DNA from: a virus
Lineage: Duplodnaviria; Caudoviricetes
IMG/VR virus record: IMGVR_UViG_3300035665_002545
Location: 1 to 56,256 of that record
Direction: 5' to 3' (one strand)
Length of the DNA stretch: 56,256 nucleotides
Part shown: positions 26,812 to 36,913 of the stretch, piece after piece
How positions within the stretch are numbered: the first letter of the stretch is position 1
Layout of the letters: every line of letters begins with the position of its first letter
Notes under the pieces: model-generated
The model's database searches: none
What the model was told of the DNA's origin: nothing
What the model saw: only the letters and a program-made list of their open reading frames with translations
Made by a program: the position numbers and the translations under genes

Positions 26812-27473
26812 TTTGCATACTTAGCGTCATCATTAGACGGCGCAAAAGAGACAAGAGGTGTCAGTGCAAGAATGAATAGTAGTTTGAACAAAGTGGAGCC
26901 TGATACGATCCTGGCGATAGCAGCATTGATATCAAGTGCATTCCCCCCAAGAATCATAGGCATAGCAACGAAGGCAAGCATCACAAAGAAGAAAGCATCA
27001 ACAGGCAAGCTGACTAAATTAGAGAACCAGGTCCGTGCCCACGATCCCCAATCACGCTCCCACAAAAACTGATAGACATAGGTGTTAACCCATTGAGAGA
27101 TAATAGTTGCGATTTCTGATCCAATGACGATACCTAGTGACATTTTGAATACCGCATCAAAATTTACGCTAGGCCTAAAAGAAGGTGACGGAAGAAAGGT
27201 CATTAGGTACATGAAACCTGCAACTAGCAAGTTAAGAATCACACCTATAAGAATGACTCGAGTCACAAAAGCTGCACCTGCCAGTTTGTGCAGCATGTCT
27301 CGAAGCACAAACACTACACCGAACAACATAGCCCCTGCAGGAGTGACTACCCAACCAAAGTCAAGAAATTTTACTGCAGCAAAATCTGCCACAGTCATGC
27401 AAAGAATAAGTGCAGCAGATAGTGATGCAATCCACATCGTGGTATTATCTTTTTTACTAGAAATGTATAGCAT
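26808..27473 (-). CDS. yhhQ: VUT-family preQ0/preQ1 transporter (YhhQ-like)
   Basis: Multi-TM protein with KF...G...PAG..F..RD, GS..A...SQ, R...SN.VS..VD; last gene of the Que cluster. Confidence 0.8.
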   Translation of the reverse strand: MLYISSKKDNTTMWIASLSAALILCMTVADFAAVKFLDFGWVVTPAGAMLFGVVFVLRDMLHKLAGAAFVTRVILIGVILNLLVAGFMYLMTFLPSPSFRPSVNFDAVFKMSLGIVIGSEIATIISQWVNTYVYQFLWERDWGSWARTWFSNLVSLPVDAFFFVMLAFVAMPMILGGNALDINAAIARIVSGSTLFKLLFILALTPLVSFAPSNDDAKYAK

Positions 27474-27483
27474 TTAGGTCCCC

Positions 27484-27948
27484 TTAATTGTTTATCCACA
27501 TGGCGGAGTTTGAAGGTGTCTCCATCACCTTTACCATACGCAATCGCACACGACCATCAGCGTACCCATTTTCAGGCATCCAAATCTCTTGAATGTAATC
27601 AGCAAGCCATTTAGACAAACCTTCACATCCTGTGCGCTCAACTACAATCATCTTACAAAGTTTCTTCTCATGCAACATCTTGAAAGTTTCAAACTCAGGA
27701 TCATCCTCTGCTACAAGCAATGTATGATCAAACCAGTCATCGAGTTTCTCTTTCAATGATTTATACCCACCAAAATCAACACACCAGTTGCGTCGATCTA
27801 GCTTGTCCTCATCGCACTCAAACTCAAAATGGAATGCAAGTGCATACCCGTGGATTAGATTGCAATGAGTGTCTGCACGCCATTGACGATATGCTACAGC
27901 ATATCCTCGCTCATGTCCATATGTTTTTGTAGAAATAAATTTGCCCAT
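27484..27948 (-). CDS. queD: 6-carboxy-5,6,7,8-tetrahydropterin synthase QueD
   Basis: HCNLIHGY, VDFGG, FDHT, GCE, ETPSN. Confidence 0.88.
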   Translation of the reverse strand: MGKFISTKTYGHERGYAVAYRQWRADTHCNLIHGYALAFHFEFECDEDKLDRRNWCVDFGGYKSLKEKLDDWFDHTLLVAEDDPEFETFKMLHEKKLCKMIVVERTGCEGLSKWLADYIQEIWMPENGYADGRVRLRMVKVMETPSNSAMWINN

Positions 27949-27950
27949 AG

Positions 27951-28583
27951 TCACTCCGCAAAGAAGTAGGGGTTCATAACTGTATTGTATTCATAGATAG
28001 AAAACAGTTCATCAAAGTTGAAGTCGATATGTAACATCCTATTAGGGGGAACTTCTGTTGACCCTTCAAACTTCGTAGAAGAGAAGTTCAACTTTGAGTC
28101 AAAGAATAGTGGCGAGATTTCGTTTCTGAATGCAAACAACTTTTCATGGGCATACATCAGACAAGCAAAGGATCCATCAAACAGTTTTACTGCGTGAATA
28201 TCATCATAGAGTGCCTTTAGCATCAGAAAGGTATCCCAAGAGCAAACTTCATCAAGGTCCTTCTTCAGCTTTGCAACATATTCTTGCTTTAGAATACCAT
28301 TGTGCCAAAGATAGCGATCTTGATACTTTGCAGGATGAACAGTCGTTACTTTGAACTCATCTGAAGTCGGGGCTTGCATATGCACAATCACATAAGTCAG
28401 GTGATCCTTTTGTAATCCCAGGATCTCATCATAATCAACAGGTCCTACACGCCTCTGCACTTTAATCTCACCTGAAGTAATATCATACAAGCTAAGCGAG
28501 TGACTGACTTGACCTCGATACTCATTTAGTTTGCAAAGATCAACAACTTTCTGAACATCAAAAGATCCTATGATTGAGCACAT
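27951..28583 (-). CDS. stand-alone class II (Ntn) glutamine amidotransferase domain
   Basis: N-terminal Cys (MCSIIG), YRG, HP, LWHNG, WDT, GSFAC, RN...PL; overlaps the queC stop. Confidence 0.8.
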   Translation of the reverse strand: MCSIIGSFDVQKVVDLCKLNEYRGQVSHSLSLYDITSGEIKVQRRVGPVDYDEILGLQKDHLTYVIVHMQAPTSDEFKVTTVHPAKYQDRYLWHNGILKQEYVAKLKKDLDEVCSWDTFLMLKALYDDIHAVKLFDGSFACLMYAHEKLFAFRNEISPLFFDSKLNFSSTKFEGSTEVPPNRMLHIDFNFDELFSIYEYNTVMNPYFFAE

Positions 28584-29326
28584 AGTTTACTCCAAGGAAT
28601 GTCGATTGAGTACGGTATAGGATCAATGTGTCCCGCCTTTGCAAAGTTTGCAATACGCTCTGAGCATGAAGGACACTTGCCGCATGATCTACCCATCTGA
28701 TCGGGATTATAACATGTAAGCGTACTCATCAACAATCCTACACCCCCATCAAGTTCCTCGAGAAGTTTAATCTCTTCAAACTTGTTAAGTGTCACAAAAG
28801 GTGCGACTAGTTTGATCTTGATCTTTCTGTTCTCTGAAAAAACAGAATTCATCTTCTCTACGAACCGTGCCGTTGTGTCCCAGTAACCGTACTCGTCATG
28901 CACCTGCAAACCACATACCACATATTCCATACCTTGTGTCTCGGCGTAAGCTGCTGCCAGAGACATTAGAATCATGTTACGATTAGGCACATAGGTCTTA
29001 GGTGTGGGGTCACCTAGCACATCCTTGATAGTTGGCATGTCGATTGACTTATCAACATTTGCAGAGAATCCTTGACTAATGTCACCCAGAACACTCAAGT
29101 CGAGGATCTTGTGTTCTACCATCAAATGTTTAGTCGTTTCCCTTGCCTTCTCAATCTCAATAGCTTGCTTTTGCCCGTAGTTAAAAGTCAAAGCACGAAC
29201 ATTCTTATACCCATACTTCTCAACGCATAGACGCATTGCAATCGTGCTGTCCATACCTCCCGAGAGAACCACCACTACACCCTTTGTTTCGGGAAGTAAG
29301 TTCATAGTATCATTTAACTTCATCAT
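28568..29326 (-). CDS. queC: 7-cyano-7-deazaguanine synthase QueC
   Basis: LSGGMDS, YGQKQ..E, YVPNRN, TCY...CGKCPSC. Confidence 0.93.
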   Translation of the reverse strand: MMKLNDTMNLLPETKGVVVVLSGGMDSTIAMRLCVEKYGYKNVRALTFNYGQKQAIEIEKARETTKHLMVEHKILDLSVLGDISQGFSANVDKSIDMPTIKDVLGDPTPKTYVPNRNMILMSLAAAYAETQGMEYVVCGLQVHDEYGYWDTTARFVEKMNSVFSENRKIKIKLVAPFVTLNKFEEIKLLEELDGGVGLLMSTLTCYNPDQMGRSCGKCPSCSERIANFAKAGHIDPIPYSIDIPWSKLCAQS

Positions 29327-30261
29327 TGCCTCAAAGTTTTTTCACAAACAAAATCAGGATTAGCAAGGGCAAAGGCATGTAGGTCAATTACATTTTTTGA
29401 GGAAGCACGGATAGGATTGATATCAATGCCACCCCTGCGAGTATATAGGCAAGTAACAAGAAGGTCATCGGGTTCCAAAAGATCCCAAAGGCGTTTATAA
29501 ATGCATTCAGTAATTTCTTCATGGAAGTGATTTTCCTTTCTCATGGAAACGATGTACTTGAGGAATGACTCTGATGTGACACCTCTGTTTCCTCTATAGA
29601 AAACATATACATCTCCCCAGTCGGGTTGATTAGTTACACGACAGTTGGAACGCAATGAGTTAGTGTGAAGATATGTATCTTCACCAGGTGAAGTTTCTAT
29701 AACTTGCAGTAAAGAAGGATCTTCCGCATATGCATCAAATTTTAGAGATGTTACATCTATTACACTATCGATATGCCAATAATTATTTGAAAGTGGAGCA
29801 AAACCTTTCAAACTGCCGTTCTGGACATGTAAACGAACTCGCACATTAACCTTTAGCGCAGCACACAGATCCTTTGCAATAGCTGCTTGAATATGTTCCA
29901 CTGCATACCTTACTGACATACCTGCAGGAACGATCCTAGCCATGTTGTATGAGTTCAAGTACAACTTTAATGACTTTGACTCAACAATGCTCTCCGACTC
30001 TGCGGGATAAACAATCTTCAAGAGACCAGAGATTGGATACCCGTTATGTAACAGAGTTGAAAACTCATAGCAATTCCAACTGTCATAACCAACAAAAGGC
30101 AAACGACTTTCATCAATGTTATATTGAATCCTGTTGTAGATTCTAGGAACTGGGACAAGCAATGATGGGTCAACAGCATCAGGTGTGACATAGGGTTTTA
30201 CAATTGATCCATCACCTGCCTTACCTAAATGGACAGATGCTAGTTGTTCAATGGTATTCAT
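29323..30261 (-). CDS. queF: NADPH-dependent preQ0 reductase QueF (bimodular type)
   Basis: QueF motif ESKSLKLYLNSY, catalytic SNCRVTNQPDWG, FHEE, YTRRGGIDINP. Confidence 0.9.
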   Translation of the reverse strand: MNTIEQLASVHLGKAGDGSIVKPYVTPDAVDPSLLVPVPRIYNRIQYNIDESRLPFVGYDSWNCYEFSTLLHNGYPISGLLKIVYPAESESIVESKSLKLYLNSYNMARIVPAGMSVRYAVEHIQAAIAKDLCAALKVNVRVRLHVQNGSLKGFAPLSNNYWHIDSVIDVTSLKFDAYAEDPSLLQVIETSPGEDTYLHTNSLRSNCRVTNQPDWGDVYVFYRGNRGVTSESFLKYIVSMRKENHFHEEITECIYKRLWDLLEPDDLLVTCLYTRRGGIDINPIRASSKNVIDLHAFALANPDFVCEKTLRQ

Positions 30262-31580
30262 GTGAAGAGTCCTTCAAGTGAACTGTGGTTTTCTTTGCGC
30301 TTGATTCTTTTGCTTGGGACATGCTTACTAATGTGTGTGAACCATGCATCCATGTCCTCATCAGAACGAACACTTAAGAGACTGTCTATCTCTTTGTTGC
30401 CTGAAGAAGGTTCACGCATCACCGCATCAATACAAGTCACAAAGTTGTCGATCTGGAAATAAGTATGCAACACCTTCGACAAAAATGCAATGATCATCTC
30501 ATCATCAGATAAGTTTATTGCACCTTCTTTGACCGTAGAATACTTCCAGTCACGCTTGCCGTCTCCCAGGATGATCTCGAGGAATCTTTCTAATGAAACT
30601 TTAGGACGGAGAAAGTCATTAAACAAAGTATATACATTAGAGAAGTGTGCTTCTGCTTTAGGAGTCCTCACAGATCCCAGGGCCCGGCAAGTCCCATTGA
30701 CCTTCAAGAGCCCGTAGTCAAATGTAGAGGTGTGTGAGGAACTGTCATAGGAAACTTTCTCGAAGGTATCAAGATATCCCGAACGATTCAGATACAAAAT
30801 AGGCCTCATCCTGGAAATACTTCCTACTCCCAGAATATGCAAATGCTTCTTGATGTTAGGGTGGCAAATCTTTGTAATCTCTTTTGCCCCCTTAAGCATC
30901 TCAATCGACTCAAGAACACCATTGCCGATGCAAGTATCTGCAATAGCCATGCCACTAATGTTTTCATAATCTTCTTCTTTCAGTTGTGCTGCAATCTGCA
31001 AAAAGAAGTTCATCATGTCTCCGGCATTATTCCCTTGAACGATAGGAATCACCTTTGTCTTTGCTTTGTTCTCTTGAAAGACTTTGATCTGTTCTTTAAT
31101 GTTCCTGCCCGTAGCGGCTCCCGACTCAGTGTGCTTTGACTCATTGAATAGTTTGTTTCCCACATTTGATCTTTCATTACGTGTGCGCGAGACGCTGAAA
31201 GATTCGAGGGGGATAACATCAAAGCACATTGCATAGTCGGCAAAGGTTTGTGTCTTGTAGATATCACGCTTGATCTGTTCGGTAATTGTTTTCCCTGCAG
31301 TGACAATCTGCAATCCGCCTGAATCCGCGTAGACAGACCTTGCACCTAGCTTATTTAAGGAATCAAACTTCTCTACAAAGTTACCTTCAGTATAAGCGTT
31401 GAAGAGAACTGCGATACATGGATGACTGCTTTGTGCCTTTGCAGCGATACTTGCATTCAGACTTTGCATTAGGTCAAGAAGGCCTTGCCGCAAAATCGCA
31501 TGCTTGTTATCGTAAACATAGTTAGTAAACACACCCATCATCCCGCAAGCTGAGATGACATATTCGAGATTGGGTTTCAT
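30258..31580 (-). CDS. dpdA: TGT-fold deazaguanine transglycosylase (DpdA-like, probably DNA-acting)
   Basis: ADSGG, FDVIP, IPIVQG, HILGVG, YDSSS; lacks the CxCxxC zinc site of tRNA TGT; embedded in Que genes. Confidence 0.72.
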   Translation of the reverse strand: MKPNLEYVISACGMMGVFTNYVYDNKHAILRQGLLDLMQSLNASIAAKAQSSHPCIAVLFNAYTEGNFVEKFDSLNKLGARSVYADSGGLQIVTAGKTITEQIKRDIYKTQTFADYAMCFDVIPLESFSVSRTRNERSNVGNKLFNESKHTESGAATGRNIKEQIKVFQENKAKTKVIPIVQGNNAGDMMNFFLQIAAQLKEEDYENISGMAIADTCIGNGVLESIEMLKGAKEITKICHPNIKKHLHILGVGSISRMRPILYLNRSGYLDTFEKVSYDSSSHTSTFDYGLLKVNGTCRALGSVRTPKAEAHFSNVYTLFNDFLRPKVSLERFLEIILGDGKRDWKYSTVKEGAINLSDDEMIIAFLSKVLHTYFQIDNFVTCIDAVMREPSSGNKEIDSLLSVRSDEDMDAWFTHISKHVPSKRIKRKENHSSLEGLFT

Positions 31581-32251
31581 CGTTTGTTTACCAAGTTCAT
31601 AAACTCTGCACGAACCGCAGGATCAGTTTTGAACTCTCCGCCTAGCTTGCTAGTGATGGTTGAAGAACCCACATCTTCAATACCTCTTGACTTGACACAG
31701 TAATGCTGTGCATCAATGACTACAGCAATATCATCTGTATCAAGAATAAATTGTAGTGCATGATAAATTTGTTCTGTGAGTCGTTCTTGGATTTGAGGGC
31801 GCTTAGAGAAGTATTCAACTACTCGATTGATTTTACTGAGACCCAGAACTTTCTTCTTAGGAATATAAGCAACGGTTGCCTTACCATCAATCACAACGAA
31901 GTGATGCTCACAGTTCGATTGGACATTGATATTGCGCTCAATGACCATCTCATCATACTTCATTTTATTTTCGACAGTCGTGCATTTGGGGAATGCATCG
32001 TGATCTAATCCATAAAAGATTTCGTTCACATACATTTTTGCAACACGATTGGGAGTTTCATTGAGCGAGTCATCATCTGTATCAAGACCCAGAACAAGCA
32101 TGATATGCCTAAAGCTACTCTCAATTTCTTTGATCTTATCTTTACGCTCTACAGCGTGCTTGAAGGTGGGTGTCTCTACACCACATTTCAGAAGATGCTG
32201 ATGGACCTTTTGTCCAAGAATAGGATCAGTTTTAGTTTTATTGTATGACAT
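31577..32251 (-). CDS. folE: GTP cyclohydrolase I
   Basis: ETPNRVAKMY, SNCEHH, GLSKINR, PQIQERLT, HYCVKSRG. Confidence 0.95.
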   Translation of the reverse strand: MSYNKTKTDPILGQKVHQHLLKCGVETPTFKHAVERKDKIKEIESSFRHIMLVLGLDTDDDSLNETPNRVAKMYVNEIFYGLDHDAFPKCTTVENKMKYDEMVIERNINVQSNCEHHFVVIDGKATVAYIPKKKVLGLSKINRVVEYFSKRPQIQERLTEQIYHALQFILDTDDIAVVIDAQHYCVKSRGIEDVGSSTITSKLGGEFKTDPAVRAEFMNLVNKR

Positions 32252-32276
32252 ATTATCCTTCCTTACGCGGATATGA

Positions 32277-33131
32277 TTAGGTTCCCCATGCATTTTTGAA
32301 CAAGGGGACTTGTAGTCGATCTGAGTATCGCCATCCTTTCTTCATAGCCAACTCTGCGACCTTTCTATTATTCATAGTATAGACAAATTCAACACCACCC
32401 ACAGGCATGAGATAAACAGGACCTCTAAATCCACATTCCTCATACTCGTAAACTGCTTCTTCAGCTTCTGCAACATCATCTTCTGTTGCAACAACGAACT
32501 TTAAGTATGTATATCCCACCGATTGATACTGTGCAACCACTTCGGGTTTGATTGCCTCTTTCCAATCCTCGCCACTTACACTAAGTTTAGGACTAACCGA
32601 AAAGGTCAGTTGGTTGGGATTACGAATATCGCCAATCCATTCGCCCCGCAAATAATCTTCAAAATCATCTGTGAGACTTTGCGTGCCATTTGTCTCAAAA
32701 GTCAATTCAAGCAAAGGTTGCATATTGATATGTTCAAGAAGTTCGGGATATGCCTTTTGCCACCCCAACAAAGGTTCTCCGCCTGTAATAACTAAATGCT
32801 CATCTCGCCAATCTTTGTGTGGAAGTGAGTTGACGATTGCTTCTGCAATTGCCTCAGTTGTCAACAAAGGGGACAGATGTTTGAAGTTAGGATCCCAACT
32901 CGCATATGAGTCACACCCTGTAGATACAAGAGGCAGTTGTTCGTACTTTGTATATTTACTTGCCTCACCTGCAATCATAAATCGTTCTTTTGAGAATTCA
33001 CCTTTAGGCATACCAAACCCGCCGCAGGTAAAGTTACAACCGAAGGTTCGAAGAAAGACACTTGGTACACCCATGTACCTGCCTTCACCCTGAATGCTAT
33101 AAAAAAGTTCACTTACCTTGATCTTTTGCAT
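32277..33131 (-). CDS. queE: 7-carboxy-7-deazaguanine synthase QueE (radical SAM)
   Basis: ELFYSIQGEG, FLRTFGCNFTC...GCDS, ITGGEP, ETNGT, SPKL. Confidence 0.9.
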   Translation of the reverse strand: MQKIKVSELFYSIQGEGRYMGVPSVFLRTFGCNFTCGGFGMPKGEFSKERFMIAGEASKYTKYEQLPLVSTGCDSYASWDPNFKHLSPLLTTEAIAEAIVNSLPHKDWRDEHLVITGGEPLLGWQKAYPELLEHINMQPLLELTFETNGTQSLTDDFEDYLRGEWIGDIRNPNQLTFSVSPKLSVSGEDWKEAIKPEVVAQYQSVGYTYLKFVVATEDDVAEAEEAVYEYEECGFRGPVYLMPVGGVEFVYTMNNRKVAELAMKKGWRYSDRLQVPLFKNAWGT

Positions 33132-33174
33132 TTTCATCTCCAAAGGTGCATTGTATAGTAGTATTTAGCAAAAA

Positions 33175-33714
33175 TCAATCGTCAAAGTTCAGTCGCGGAC
33201 CTGGTTGTTCAGAAAGTTTTACACTTTTAGCTGCAAGAGACCTTCTATCAGGATCTATCTGATCAAGTTGTTTGCGTATGTAATCAAGAAGTTGTGTGCC
33301 CACCTCATCGTTATCACCCTCTTGAGTAATGATCTCATCTATGTTAATATTCTCAAGCATCTTATACTTTGTTGCTTGCTGCTTCTTCTCCTTTTGAATT
33401 CTGCGAATGAAAGCGAAGTAAACGATCTGAGTATAGTATGCGAATGGGTTGGATGACTTGGTATGATCAAACTTCTCTGCTGCAATCAGGCAGTTTTCGA
33501 TAGCATCAGATACCATATCATCTCTAAACGAATAGTTGATAAAGTTTCCCTTATATGCAAGGTGTGTTGCAATTTTGATGAAACACTCACCTATGTAGTT
33601 AGGAAGGATGGGTTTATCTCTTCCCTCGGCGACTGCCTCATTGCATGATGCCTTATAGGCAATCAAGGCATGAAGAAACTTCTCATTGTCTACATAATGC
33701 GCTGTCTTTTTCAT
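33175..33714 (-). CDS. gp55: late-transcription sigma factor gp55
   Basis: HYVDN, YIGECFIKIA, NFINYSFRDDM, NPFAYYTQI..FAFIRRI.KEKKQ. Confidence 0.94.
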   Translation of the reverse strand: MKKTAHYVDNEKFLHALIAYKASCNEAVAEGRDKPILPNYIGECFIKIATHLAYKGNFINYSFRDDMVSDAIENCLIAAEKFDHTKSSNPFAYYTQIVYFAFIRRIQKEKKQQATKYKMLENINIDEIITQEGDNDEVGTQLLDYIRKQLDQIDPDRRSLAAKSVKLSEQPGPRLNFDD

Positions 33715-34157
33715 TAGTGTAACCACCTTTTCGGTTCATCATCTTGTGAAAGTTCATCAATAATTTCTTCTAAAACCCCGTCTTTTTCTGAATCTTCGTC
33801 ACCCTCCATTCCTTCCTCAAGTAGCTGGTGTGAGTCAGGATCGGTGATGTACTCAATATACTTCTCAACGAATGCTTCCTTCAAGTCACCAACAAAGATC
33901 ACATTATTGATTGGTATCACTACCTCGTTTGTTGATGAGAATGGCGCCCAGGCCTGCATAATATACTTTTCGATGATTGATCCATTGAAGGGCATTTTGA
34001 ATGAGTAGATTTGTATGGGATCTGTAACAAGGAGGTGTTTTAGTTTTCTAATGTCTGTTACATCTTCATAGGAAGTACACATGAGGTTATCACCATTAGT
34101 TAGCTTTACGAAGATGAATTTAGCTTCAACCTGTTCGCGCTCTTTTGGTTTACTCAT
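33714..34157 (-). CDS. conserved T4-like hypothetical protein between uvsW and gp55
   Basis: VKLTNGD N-terminus, W.PFS, acidic tail ending in LH; conserved position. Confidence 0.65.
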   Translation of the reverse strand: MSKPKEREQVEAKFIFVKLTNGDNLMCTSYEDVTDIRKLKHLLVTDPIQIYSFKMPFNGSIIEKYIMQAWAPFSSTNEVVIPINNVIFVGDLKEAFVEKYIEYITDPDSHQLLEEGMEGDEDSEKDGVLEEIIDELSQDDEPKRWLH

Positions 34158-35649
34158 TTAAGTCTACCTTTATCAACTTATAGTTGAATTGTTCTTCGTT
34201 ATAAATCTTTATTCGTTCAACCATATGCTCAAGGGTGAAGTTTTTTCTTGACTTCCATGACAAGTCATCACCAATATCGTACAAGTTACAGGAGTCTTTA
34301 GTTGCTGAGATGCGTAGGCCTCTACCTATTGACTGTAAGTTCCTGATGCGTGACTTCGAGGGAGATGCAAAGATTACATTGTGAAGGTTTTTGATACTTA
34401 TACCTGTCGAAAAAGTCCCATACGATGCAACGATTATAGCACCATATTCTTTTTCTGTCAATGCTCTAACATTCTCACGCTGCTGAGCATCAGTGCCTCC
34501 GTACACAAAGAAAACTTTTCTGTCACCCGCTTTCTCTTGTATCATCCCAAGCAACTTCTTGCCATGCTTTTCTACATACTGAAACAAGACAAGGGTGTTT
34601 CCCTCACACTTCAAAGTTAGATTGCGTATGAATCTATTTCTTGCATCATTATTTACCAAGAAATCCATCTCCTGCTGGTAGTCAAACTTCGCAGAACGCT
34701 TGGTTTCATCCTTGTAGTTGAGGACAATGCAGTAGATTTTCAGGTCAGCCACACGCTTGCTGTCCATCAACTTCTTAGTTGTAGTAACTTTATAGACAGG
34801 TCCAAAGAGACCTTCAAGAACTAACTTATGTGTTTGTGTGCCGTCAAGTGAACCTGTAGCACCCACACGATAGGGGGCATTCACGCACTTCGACATGATA
34901 CCCGTAAGAGACTTCGCTTTGAAAAGGTGTGCCTCATCACCGTAGATACATGAAAATGATTCAAAAAACTTCTTTGGGAGCTTTTGTAGAGATTGCCAAG
35001 TTGATATGACCACAGGATAATCACCACTCTTGGTTGCATGTCCTGCATCAGAATGAATACGAAAACAATGCAACCCAGGATCCCAGCGATTCAAACTCGA
35101 ATAGTCGGCGAAGTCAGAATACATTTGTTCCACAAGTGAGGTGGTAGGAACAATGATTAGTTGCCTACGATTTCTTTCGAAATGCCATCGAACCAATGAG
35201 TAAATGATGAATGACTTTCCTGAACTTGTGGGGGAAAGTAACATCTTGCGACCTGTGGTGATCACACGATGAATAGCATCGACCTGATAATCATACACCT
35301 CGAAAGGTTTGCCTTGACTGGTTGGCTTTAGATCATCACAAAATGCCTTAACCTGTTCAGATGTTACTTCTTCACCCTTTCTATCAAACTTAGTAAGGTC
35401 AATGCTATAGTCATTGCTTGTAGCGTAGGCCTCAAGATAATCAACAAGGCCTACATATAACTCACCCGACATATAGTTTAGCAAACGAATTTTGCCATCC
35501 CACATTCGATTACGATACAAAGGAGTGAACTTCGCACCAGGAACATCAAAGGTAAAGTGTTCTGATAGCTCCTGCCGCAAGCTAGGGTCACAATCTACGA
35601 TTGCATAAACCTCATCCCTCTTTCGTACTCGAATATCAGATTGATCCAT
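34150..35649 (-). CDS. uvsW: UvsW helicase
   Basis: WDGKIRL, SPTSSGKS, GDEAH, QSIGRGLR. Confidence 0.94.
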   Translation of the reverse strand: MDQSDIRVRKRDEVYAIVDCDPSLRQELSEHFTFDVPGAKFTPLYRNRMWDGKIRLLNYMSGELYVGLVDYLEAYATSNDYSIDLTKFDRKGEEVTSEQVKAFCDDLKPTSQGKPFEVYDYQVDAIHRVITTGRKMLLSPTSSGKSFIIYSLVRWHFERNRRQLIIVPTTSLVEQMYSDFADYSSLNRWDPGLHCFRIHSDAGHATKSGDYPVVISTWQSLQKLPKKFFESFSCIYGDEAHLFKAKSLTGIMSKCVNAPYRVGATGSLDGTQTHKLVLEGLFGPVYKVTTTKKLMDSKRVADLKIYCIVLNYKDETKRSAKFDYQQEMDFLVNNDARNRFIRNLTLKCEGNTLVLFQYVEKHGKKLLGMIQEKAGDRKVFFVYGGTDAQQRENVRALTEKEYGAIIVASYGTFSTGISIKNLHNVIFASPSKSRIRNLQSIGRGLRISATKDSCNLYDIGDDLSWKSRKNFTLEHMVERIKIYNEEQFNYKLIKVDLNE

Positions 35650-36076
35650 TTGTCCATTTCAACCATTCAATATGGTTCTTTATGTCCCAAGTGCGTGAGT
35701 TAAGTGATTTGAGAATATTCTCAAGTTGGTAAACAACTGTCTTGAAGTATTCAATTTTGTCTTGTAACGATATAAGTTGTTCGTCATGAGCAAGGAACTC
35801 ATCCATTTCATTCTTTAACGGTTTTGTTCCTTGCCATTGTGACCAACCTTCATCTTCTAGTTCACTTCGTGTCATTTCTCCACGATAATAACGAAATTTC
35901 TTTCTACGCATGTTTTCATATGTGGATTCTGTCTTGCGTAGGTTCAATTTTGCTGAAGTGAGAAGGTTAAGATATTTGGCGTGAAGTTGTGGTGTTCGTG
36001 TTGCCTCTATACCCAAATTCATTTCATCTATCTTACAATCCTTCTCCCAGCTTTCTTGCAGATCACTTAGTTTCAT
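35636..36076 (-). CDS. uvsY: recombination mediator UvsY
   Basis: WEKDCKID, PQLHAKYL, YYRG, RTWDIKN.IEW.K. Confidence 0.9.
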   Translation of the reverse strand: MKLSDLQESWEKDCKIDEMNLGIEATRTPQLHAKYLNLLTSAKLNLRKTESTYENMRRKKFRYYRGEMTRSELEDEGWSQWQGTKPLKNEMDEFLAHDEQLISLQDKIEYFKTVVYQLENILKSLNSRTWDIKNHIEWLKWTNGSI

Positions 36077-36897
36077 TGTACCTTTTCAAAAATGATTGTA
36101 GGGTTGCCTTGGAAGGGAATCGTGCCATAATGATTCAAGCTGATGTTTGGATCAAGCCAAACTTGACCCCCCAGGTTCTGCCACCTGCGACAGAAAGTAT
36201 AATCCTCTGATAAGTAACGCTTTGAACTTTCTTCAATGATAGTATCGAAGAAGGCGTAGGTGTGTTTATCTAGATCCTTATCAACATTGATATCATTGTT
36301 GTATTGAAGTTCAGGGTAAGCCTTAGCCATACTTTCAAGAACACTACGCTTGATAAGCATGAATCCTGTGCCGGCATCTTTCAATGCAACCAATCCATCT
36401 TGAACTTCGATTGATCGTTTTTCTATTTCTTTGAACTGAAAGTTGATAGCATACTCACTTCCTGCTGCCGCAAGATCACTTGAAGGGGAGTCAGGATTTT
36501 GCTGAATAAATTTTTTGATAATTTCCCAGTTGATACCCTTTTTTGGATATGCGCCAACAACTATATCTTTATCAGCTGCAATCAAGCGAATAACATCATC
36601 AACCTTAAATTCAATATCTGCATCAATGAAAAGAAGATGGGTGCAATCAGAACGCAGGAAAAACGCAGTCAATGTGTTTCGTGCTCGAGGAACAAGAGAC
36701 TCATTAGCAATAGTTCCAAACTGCAAAGGGATGCTGTGCTTATCACAAAAGAAAACTAGTCGAAGAATACTTTTGAAATAGGGTTCAGTTAGTGCTCCGC
36801 CATAACAAGGTGTAGCAATAAAAAGTTTTGACTTCTGTAGATCAGCGATAGGAATACTTTTTTGCACCGCACCAGGGGGTAGTGTTTGTTCAGCCAT
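36073..36897 (-). CDS. phage GT-A-fold glycosyltransferase-like protein
   Basis: FIATPCYGG, ESLVPRARN, LFIDADI (DxD), GTGFM, YLSEDY.FC. Confidence 0.7.
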   Translation of the reverse strand: MAEQTLPPGAVQKSIPIADLQKSKLFIATPCYGGALTEPYFKSILRLVFFCDKHSIPLQFGTIANESLVPRARNTLTAFFLRSDCTHLLFIDADIEFKVDDVIRLIAADKDIVVGAYPKKGINWEIIKKFIQQNPDSPSSDLAAAGSEYAINFQFKEIEKRSIEVQDGLVALKDAGTGFMLIKRSVLESMAKAYPELQYNNDINVDKDLDKHTYAFFDTIIEESSKRYLSEDYTFCRRWQNLGGQVWLDPNISLNHYGTIPFQGNPTIIFEKVQ

Positions 36898-36913
36898 AAT
36901 TTACTCCAAAAAG

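Noticed and set aside
33162-33168. CTAAATA upstream of queE as a late promoter
   Set aside because: It deviates from the ATAAATA core used elsewhere in this window and lies in a short AT-rich gap; possible but unsupported.
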